Assembly: GCA_023264495.1 (NCBI GenBank)
Contig: JAHFMM010000004.1
Location: forward strand, 1-35,083
Direction: 5' to 3'
DNA: 35,083 nucleotides
Source: a bacterium
GTDB lineage: Bacteria > Patescibacteriota > Minisyncoccia > Phycocordibacterales > Phycocordibacteraceae
Below the pieces are notes generated by a model. That model saw only the letters and a program-made list of their open reading frames with translations. It was not told the DNA's origin and searched no databases. Shown here in pieces: positions 6,201 through 12,770 of this stretch. The position numbers were made by a program, and so were the translations under genes. The stretch's first letter is position 1, and every line of letters starts with the position of its first letter.

Positions 6201-8889
6201 CGTAAGAATACTCTCCATACCATCCAAATTGATCAGCAAGTCCTTGAGATGCTTGCGAAATATCTTGTCCGCTAATAACACAGTCACAAATGGCGATTCT
6301 CATTTTTTGATATTCGTGGAGTTGAGTCGGGGAACTAATTGCCTCGCGCATTTCTTCGGCCTCGCTCCCAAACTCGTTATTGAGTCGTTCTATAAAAAGA
6401 GGGTCGAGCACTTTCTCAATTGCAAATGGTACCCATACGTAATCAGAAAGTTCTACACACAATCGTTCAAACAAGATAAAAGCATTTTTGATATCCTCTT
6501 TTCCCGAACCAACGTGAGCAAAAGTTGTGATAGCCTCTTCGTATTTAGATACCAAGTCCTGATATCTCTTCAGATGCTGTGTGAGTTTCTCTTTAGAATC
6601 AACTGCTTCAATGACTTTCTCATATAGGGCGTTCATCATCTCTTCTGAAAGATGAAGTGATCGATTATTGCCTTCGAGAGGGATTGAGACGACTCCTGTC
6701 TTCTGGAGTCCATATTCCTGGAGAAACATGTATACCGCCTCGTCTCTCTGCACGGTCTGTGGGCGTGACGCCAAGAACACCGTATCCATAATGAATTCTG
6801 GGAGTCCTTCTTGAAAATGGATCTCATTCCCCGTATAGGTCTCCAAAATCCGCACGACGCCGTTATCAGCATCGACCTCGACCAAGTCGCCGTCTTTGAG
6901 GACTTGTGTGGCAAACTTGGTACCGATTATACAAGGTTTATTCATCTCGCGCGCGATAATCGCAGCGTGACAAAGTAACCCTCCTCCATCGGTGACAATC
7001 GCCCCCGCTTTCTTCATGAGGGGAACAAAATTTGGATCCGTCATTCCGGTCACTAAAATATCTCCCTCGTCGAGCACGGCACTTTCATAGTCAGCGATAA
7101 CACGACACTTCCCTCGCACAACACCTGGATATCCTATAGTTCCTTTAATACCGTCTTTCGTGCTTACCGAAGAAAACCATTGTTGTTCAATTTGATCGAC
7201 AACATCCGCATCTAGTATACGTAGGCCTGTGCCGCTCGAGGAGAGATAAATTCCACATTTAGTGCGACGCTTCAAAAGATTTGCCGATGAAGGAAAGTCG
7301 TCTTTTTTCTGCGATGCGAGCAATTCCTCGAGAGTAAGAAAAGAAATTTCTTCGAATGCATATCCCTTAAATGTGGCTGAGGCCGATTTGATAATTTCGT
7401 TAATCTTCTTATCTGCTGTACCAAAAAAGTTTTCTGAATATTTTCTTGTCTCCTCAAGCGCAGTGAAGGCGGCACTGTCTTTCTGAGGGTCCAGGAAATT
7501 TGCTGCTGTTTTTGTAGCAACCTGATATGCGGTATAGGTATCGTAGAGACTTTGTATGTGAGCCGTGTTATCAAGAAGATTCTCGAACGAAAGATCCTGT
7601 ATCGCCGACGTGATTTCGTCTGCAATGTTCTTAAACGCAACAGTGTTTTTTTGCAGATAGGTATGATCTCGCATCTTTTCTGCAAGATATGTTCCGACCT
7701 CCTCGTAGCTGTTGATTGGCAGATACGCAGATGCAACTCCGTCTTTATAGACTACATATACAAAATCTATATTTTTGCCAAAAATCTCTTTGAATTTTTT
7801 AAAATACCCCTTTCCGGCAAATGAAAGATGTAGGAGTGAAAACATTCCTTCCCAGTCATTCTGACAGTCAGTGCTCTTTATTTTTTCTATCACTCCATCA
7901 TCAACATCTTTAGATTTGGGTTCGCTCAAGGTGGTGATCGGGCGGGATTGGACGATATAGAAAGCGCCCTGCGCAAAGGCCCATTCGATGTCGCAGGGGA
8001 AGCCGTAGTGGTTCTCAATCTTGAGGATGAGCTCGGAGAGCTCGAGGATCTGTGTTTCAGTGAGAACTTGCGATGATGCCTGTGGCTCTGCAATATCGCG
8101 CCACACATTCGCTTGCCCTGAGCCTGTCGAAGGGCCTCTCCCATCGACACGATAGAGCGCCCGAGTCTGGGTTGAAACATTCGTATCAATAATCCTCCTC
8201 GGCTCCTTCTCGACAACATATGAGTCGGGAGTGACCGAGCCCGAGACGATCGCTTCGCCAAGGCCATAGCCTGCCTCTATGATGAGCTGATTCCTATCCT
8301 CCGTCACCGGGTGGACAGAGAAGGCGATGCCGGAGACTTCTGATTCAACCATCTTCTGCACCACGACTGCCACCGAGATCTTGGTCTGGTGAAGCTCCTT
8401 CTCGAAGCGGTAGAAGATGGCGCGGGGCGTGAAGAGCGATGCCCAACAATGCTGTACGTTCTCGAGGAGGGTGTCTTCGGTCGTATTGAGGAAGCTGTCG
8501 AGCTGCCCTGCCCAGGCGGCGCTCGCTGAGTCTTCGGCAGTGGCGGAGGAGCGGACGGCGACATACTTCGCATCGAGTTCTGCAAAGAAGGTCTGGATCT
8601 CCTGCTTGATATCCTCAGGCATCTTCGCTGCGAGAATGAGCGCCTGGATTTTCTCTGAAGCACCCTCTACGGTATGCATCTCTTCTGGCTTTACGGTGTG
8701 GAGAATGCTGTCTATCTCGACATTAAGATCAGTCTCTTCGAGAAAGCGCTCGAAGGCCTCAGAGAGGATGACGAAGCCCGGAGGGACAGGGATGCCTGCC
8801 TGGGTCATCTCGCCGAGGGAGGCGCCTTTGCCGCCGGCAATATTTGCATCGTGTCTTGAGAGTTCGTTAAAAGGCTTAATCCAGGCCAT
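3298..8889 (-). CDS. giant multi-module PEP-synthase/rifampin-phosphotransferase-like protein: 1 x PPDK_N ATP-grasp head + 4 x [variable domain + PEP-utilizer phosphohistidine swivel domain], no TIM barrel
   Basis: Single uninterrupted 1,863-aa ORF. The N-terminus reads [39 protein letters not shown]...[11 protein letters not shown]...[11 protein letters not shown]. Four swivel copies each end in [16 protein letters not shown] and each retains the GG...HAAI..RE phospho-His motif. Confidence 0.9.
   Translation of the reverse strand: [1863 protein letters not shown]
3301..3627 (-). other. domain: phosphohistidine swivel copy 4 (aa ~1755-1861, His1817)
   Basis: [87 protein letters not shown], followed by EKYEH-stop. 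Confidence 0.8.
3320..3372. repeat. 53-nt intragenic repeat, copy D (about 44/53 identical to copy A by my alignment)
   Basis: atcctcaccacgccattatccgcatcgacctcgaccagatcgccgtcgtgcag; encodes L1840-I1857. Confidence 0.8.
4351..4668 (-). other. domain: phosphohistidine swivel copy 3 (aa ~1408-1513, His1471)
   Basis: [87 protein letters not shown]. Confidence 0.8.
4358..4410. repeat. 53-nt intragenic repeat, copy C (47/53 identical to copy A by my alignment)
   Basis: attcgcaccacgccgttatcagcatcgacctcgaccaggtcaccgtctttcaa; encodes L1494-I1511. Confidence 0.85.
5386..5700 (-). other. domain: phosphohistidine swivel copy 2 (aa ~1064-1168, His1126)
   Basis: [86 protein letters not shown]. This is the most diverged copy. 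Confidence 0.75.
5393..5445. repeat. 53-nt intragenic repeat, copy B (100% identical to 6848..6900)
   Basis: Same 53-mer; encodes L1149-I1166. Confidence 0.95.
6838..7152 (-). other. domain: phosphohistidine swivel copy 1 (aa ~580-684, His641)
   Basis: [87 protein letters not shown]. Confidence 0.8.
6848..6900. repeat. 53-nt intragenic repeat, copy A (100% identical to 5393..5445)
   Basis: atccgcacgacgccgttatcagcatcgacctcgaccaagtcgccgtctttgag, compared base by base with copy B. Encodes L664-I681 ([18 protein letters not shown]). Confidence 0.95.
7924..8889 (-). other. domain: PPDK_N / ATP-grasp nucleotide-binding head (aa 1-322)
   Basis: [51 protein letters not shown] motifs in canonical order. 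Confidence 0.8.
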
Positions 8890-8926
8890 GAAAGTAATTG
8901 CAGTGTATCACAAATACGCTCATTTT

Positions 8927-10282
8927 CTAGAGATACGAGAGCGGATTCAGGTACGCGTCGAGTGAGGCAACGGGCATCGAGGCGTTCGCGCAGGCAGTCC
9001 CCGAGACGCCCTTGAATTGCCCGAGGGTTTGGATCTGGGTGCCTTCAGTCGCATATACGCCGAAGTGGAGGTGTGGCCCGGTCGCGTAGCCCGTCATGCC
9101 CGAGAGTCCGATCACCTGCCCGACTGCGACTGACTGCCCCTTTGAGACATCAATCTCAGAGAGGTGGGCATACATCGTGTTGAGGCCGTTGCCATGCACA
9201 ATCATGACCCATTTGCCGAATGAGTAGCACTGATGTCCCTTCACATCGTGAGCAAGGTCGGTGTTGCCGGTCGCAAGCACAGTGCCGCCAAGCGCGGCGT
9301 GGAGCGGCGTGCCGATTGGTGCGGCGATGTCGATGGCGTTGTGGCCGTGATTGTTATAGATCTGCGGGTTTGCGGTCGCGAATGGCGTAGTGCCAAAGTA
9401 TTGCGTGATACAGAAAAGATTCCCGAACGTACTTTTCCGATTTGCACAGTCGAACATAAAAGCGGAACTGAAAGGCCAGGTGAGCACGCCGGAACCGACT
9501 TTAGGCAGCAGGCCTGGATGCACAATGAGATTCAACTGCGCCTGAAGGCTCGTGAGCTCTGATTCGAATGATTGTTCGGCCGCTTGCTTTTGCGCGATGA
9601 GTTTCTGATAATTTGATTCTTGGTTCTTCGTTTGCGAGAGAAGTTGCTGCTGATACGTCTTACTTGCATCGATCGAACGCTTCTGAAGCGAGAGATCCTT
9701 TTGAAGCGAGACAAGATCCGCTTTTGCCGCAGCGACGCTGTCGCGATTGGCGGCGAGCTCGGTACGTATCGAACGCAAGGTCTCAATAGTCTTTGTCAGA
9801 CTGGTATTGAGTTGCATCGCTTGATCGGCGGTTCGCCACGCATCACCGAATGACTGCTTTGAGATGAGAGTCGCGATAAGCGGCGTTTCATCGCCAATGG
9901 CGATATCTCGGAGCATCTTCGCGATGACATCTTGGTTCTCGGCGATGGAGGACTCTTTGTTGTTGATAGAAAGAGAAAGACGCTGTATCTCAAGATTTGC
10001 TGACGATATCTTGCTCTGCGTTACTCGTATCTGCGATGTAAGCTGTTTCTGCGAGATGGTGAGCGTATCGATGGTTGATTGGAGCGTATTCTTTTTCTCG
10101 CCAAGCGCATCGAGCTGTTTCTGAAATGCTGCTATCTCTGCTTTGAGCGCATCTACTTGTTGATTATTCGCATCGATCTTTGATTGGATATCAGATGTTG
10201 CATCAGCGTGCGCTAGAAGCGGTGCTACAACAAGACTTGTCGAAAAAATAAGGAGAATGGGGAGAATCCTAAACACTTTCAT
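8927..10282 (-). CDS. M23-family peptidoglycan DD-metalloendopeptidase with N-terminal signal/anchor and long coiled coil (EnvC-like layout)
   Basis: C-terminal HNAIDIAAPIGTP (HxxxD) and GYATGPHLHFGVY (HxH). The N-terminal half is Q/L/S-rich heptad-like. I start at ATG 10282 (MKVFRILPILLIFSTSLVVAPLLAHA, signal-like). The 41 extra codons in the ORF track overlap gltX and look non-coding. Confidence 0.85.
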   Translation of the reverse strand: MKVFRILPILLIFSTSLVVAPLLAHADATSDIQSKIDANNQQVDALKAEIAAFQKQLDALGEKKNTLQSTIDTLTISQKQLTSQIRVTQSKISSANLEIQRLSLSINNKESSIAENQDVIAKMLRDIAIGDETPLIATLISKQSFGDAWRTADQAMQLNTSLTKTIETLRSIRTELAANRDSVAAAKADLVSLQKDLSLQKRSIDASKTYQQQLLSQTKNQESNYQKLIAQKQAAEQSFESELTSLQAQLNLIVHPGLLPKVGSGVLTWPFSSAFMFDCANRKSTFGNLFCITQYFGTTPFATANPQIYNNHGHNAIDIAAPIGTPLHAALGGTVLATGNTDLAHDVKGHQCYSFGKWVMIVHGNGLNTMYAHLSEIDVSKGQSVAVGQVIGLSGMTGYATGPHLHFGVYATEGTQIQTLGQFKGVSGTACANASMPVASLDAYLNPLSYL

Positions 10283-11613
10283 TATGAGAGTATAGCAATT
10301 GCTTTCTGCACGCGCGAAAGAGCCGTTTCTTTGCCCAAGATAGCGATAAGCGTGAACGGATCGGGGGACCGTTCTTGCCCGGAGAGCGCATAACGAAGAG
10401 GCCATAAGACTGCTCCGCGACCTCCCTTCCCTACTGCCTCTGCGGCATCGGCAAGCGGCATAAACGTCTCTTTTACCGCCTCGGCGGATACGCCCCCAGA
10501 AAGGCTCTGTAAGGGGTCGAGGAGGCTCTCTAGAGCTCCTTTCGTCATACCTCTGCGTTCAGCTGGCTCCTTGACGGTGAGAATAGTCGAGTCAAGGCTC
10601 GGCTCACTGAAGATGCACGAGAGCTCGCCGGTGAGCATCTCGCGCACCTCAGCAAAGGTCTGCGCGCGCTCCTTGAGAAGCGGGACGATCTGCCGCAGCC
10701 TCTCGGTATCGGGCGCGACGAGATTGCCGCGCTCGATGAAGTCGTCGACCGAGAGTTTGCGCATCCAGTGCTGATTGACTGAGCGGAGCTTCGTCTCGTC
10801 GAGAATAGCCCCGCTCTTCTGTACGCGCTCAAGAGAGAATCGCTCGATGAGTTCGGAGAGAGAAAAGAATTCTTCGTCGGTCCCCGGATTCCAGCCGAGG
10901 AGTGCGAGATAATTGATAAGCGCTTCAGGGAGATATCCCTCGTCTCGATATTGCTCGAGTGAGGCGGCGTGCTTCCTCTTTGAGAGCTTGGAACGATCGG
11001 GAGCCAAGATGAGCGGAATGTGTGCGTACTGCGGCCGAGGGAATCCGAGTGCCTCTTGGATAAGGATCTGACGGGACGTATTGGAGAGATGCTCTTCGGC
11101 GCGGATGATGTGCGTCACGCCCGCATCGTTGTCGTCGGCGACGACGGCGAAGTGATACAACGGATCGTGCATCGAACGTGCGATGACGAAATCGCCGAGC
11201 TCGGTCGTGTCGAATGATACCTCGCCGCGGATGAGGTCGGTGAAGGTGATGCGCGTACCAGGATTCTTGAGGCGTACGACTTCGACCTCTCGCGAGGGGT
11301 CGTCTCGTGAAGGTTCTTTCGAAACATATGCCTTCCCTTCGCTAACAAGAGTGGCTAATAGCTCGCGATGGCGATTGGCATGTTCGGACTGGATGTAGCG
11401 CGCATCGGGCAAGAGACCGCACCATTCGAAATCCTTCCAGATGGCATCCACCCACTCGGGTTTATTGCGCTCTTTATCAGTATCTTCAATCCGGACGAAA
11501 TACGTTCCGCCCTGCTGCTTCGCGAAAAGGTAATTGAAAAGAGCCGTGCGGACCGTACCGATGTGCATCTGACCGGTTGGCGAGGGAGCAATGCGAGTGA
11601 CGACAGCGGTCAT
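10282..11613 (-). CDS. gltX: glutamate--tRNA ligase (short form, 443 aa)
   Basis: RIAPSPTGQMHIGTVRTALFNYLFAKQQGGTYFVRIEDTD (HIGH region) and KLSKRK (KMSKS). The TAA stop overlaps the downstream ATG by one base (TAATG). Confidence 0.9.
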   Translation of the reverse strand: MTAVVTRIAPSPTGQMHIGTVRTALFNYLFAKQQGGTYFVRIEDTDKERNKPEWVDAIWKDFEWCGLLPDARYIQSEHANRHRELLATLVSEGKAYVSKEPSRDDPSREVEVVRLKNPGTRITFTDLIRGEVSFDTTELGDFVIARSMHDPLYHFAVVADDNDAGVTHIIRAEEHLSNTSRQILIQEALGFPRPQYAHIPLILAPDRSKLSKRKHAASLEQYRDEGYLPEALINYLALLGWNPGTDEEFFSLSELIERFSLERVQKSGAILDETKLRSVNQHWMRKLSVDDFIERGNLVAPDTERLRQIVPLLKERAQTFAEVREMLTGELSCIFSEPSLDSTILTVKEPAERRGMTKGALESLLDPLQSLSGGVSAEAVKETFMPLADAAEAVGKGGRGAVLWPLRYALSGQERSPDPFTLIAILGKETALSRVQKAIAILS

Positions 11614-12749
11614 GATTCGTGGGAGAGAGCGATTGAGAGCACAGCATCGGCAAGGACGCGCGCCGCGTCCGGCTCGGTGAATCCTTCTGCCGAAGCGCTC
11701 ATCTTCTTGCTAAGTGCTTCATCGCCCATAATACGGTGCATCTCGGAAACAAGAAGATGTGGCGTGAGATTTTCTTCTTCAATCACAATGGCGGCGCCGG
11801 TACCGGCATACGCATAGGCATTCATACGCTGATCGTGGCTTATGGACTCAGGGATAGGGATCAAGATAGACGGTTTCTTCCAGAAGCTAATCTCAGAAAT
11901 GCTGTTTGCGCCTGCGCGAGAGACGATGAGATCAGCAACACCAGCGACTCGCTGTATCGACACTTGATCGAGGTAGTTCATCGGATGGTAGCGGCTCGCG
12001 TTCGGATTTTTCGTGAGGATGACGCCTCCCATCGCTTCTACCTCTTTGAAATTCGCTTGTCCGGTTTGGTGGATGACATTGGCAAACGAAACAATCTCGG
12101 GGAGTGCCGCGAGCACAATATCGTTAATCTTTACTGCCCCTTGCGACCCACCAAAGATGACAATAGTTGGGATACCCGCCTCGAGATTCAAATATTGACG
12201 AGCGCCTTCAGTCTCCACACGCATAAGTGCCTTTCGGATCGGAGTACCGGTACGGGCGATTCTGCTCTGTACCTTCTTCGGGAAGTACGGCGCGGCGCTG
12301 TCGAAGGAGATAGCGATCTTCGTTGCAAACTTTGCCGCGAGCAGATTCGCACGGCCCGGCTTCGCATCGGACTCATGGATAATGATGGGGATGCGCAACA
12401 GATGCGCTGCAATGACGGTCGGTACACTCCCATGACCGCCCTTGCTCACCACGACATCTGGATAGAGACTGAAGAGGATGATGATCGCCTTGAGGATGCC
12501 GTAGAATGTTATGAATACATCGGTGATATTCCTGAATGAAGCATATCGGCGTATCTTCCCTGCGGGGATATTGATATATATCAAACCGTTCTCAAAGAGC
12601 GCTTTCTCGTCAAAGGCGCTCGGAGCCAAGTAGTACAAGGTTGGTGCGATAAGACGCTTTTCCCGCACAAGGTCTTGAATGCCTTCGGTAATTGCGATAA
12701 TCGGGTAAAAATGCCCTCCTGTTACTCCTCCGGTAAATGCAATCTTCAT
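11610..12749 (-). CDS. murG: UDP-GlcNAc--MurNAc-(pentapeptide)-PP-undecaprenol GlcNAc transferase
   Basis: MKIAFTGGVTGGHFYPIIAI N-terminus, GGSQGA motif, position after ftsW; 4-nt overlap with gltX. Confidence 0.9.
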   Translation of the reverse strand: MKIAFTGGVTGGHFYPIIAITEGIQDLVREKRLIAPTLYYLAPSAFDEKALFENGLIYINIPAGKIRRYASFRNITDVFITFYGILKAIIILFSLYPDVVVSKGGHGSVPTVIAAHLLRIPIIIHESDAKPGRANLLAAKFATKIAISFDSAAPYFPKKVQSRIARTGTPIRKALMRVETEGARQYLNLEAGIPTIVIFGGSQGAVKINDIVLAALPEIVSFANVIHQTGQANFKEVEAMGGVILTKNPNASRYHPMNYLDQVSIQRVAGVADLIVSRAGANSISEISFWKKPSILIPIPESISHDQRMNAYAYAGTGAAIVIEEENLTPHLLVSEMHRIMGDEALSKKMSASAEGFTEPDAARVLADAVLSIALSHES

Positions 12750-12770
12750 ACGAGCTCTAGTATACCGCGT

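Noticed and set aside
3320-6900. Four spaced repeats of ~53 nt: could this be a CRISPR-like or other non-coding repeat array?
   Set aside because: The copies are 1.0-1.5 kb apart and all lie in-frame within one ORF. They encode the same conserved peptide at the end of a protein domain, so they are coding-domain repeats and not a CRISPR array.
3298-8889. Annotating the giant ORF simply as phosphoenolpyruvate synthase (ppsA) or pyruvate phosphate dikinase.
   Set aside because: The C-terminal PEP/pyruvate-binding TIM-barrel domain is absent. There are four swivel domains instead of one, so the canonical enzymatic function cannot be assumed.
1-8900. Calling the left 9 kb a genomic island or mobile element.
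   Set aside because: No integrase, transposase, tRNA attachment site or flanking direct repeats are visible. The compositional heterogeneity is based on spot counts only. I describe the region as accessory-looking and do not annotate a mobile element.
10283-10405. 41-codon N-terminal extension of the M23 peptidase ORF (MASSLCALRARTVPRSVHAYRYLGQRNGSFARAESNCYTLI).
   Set aside because: It overlaps the 3' end of gltX in another frame and is followed by an internal ATG that opens a textbook signal/anchor sequence exactly at the gltX stop (TAATG). The shorter model is more plausible.
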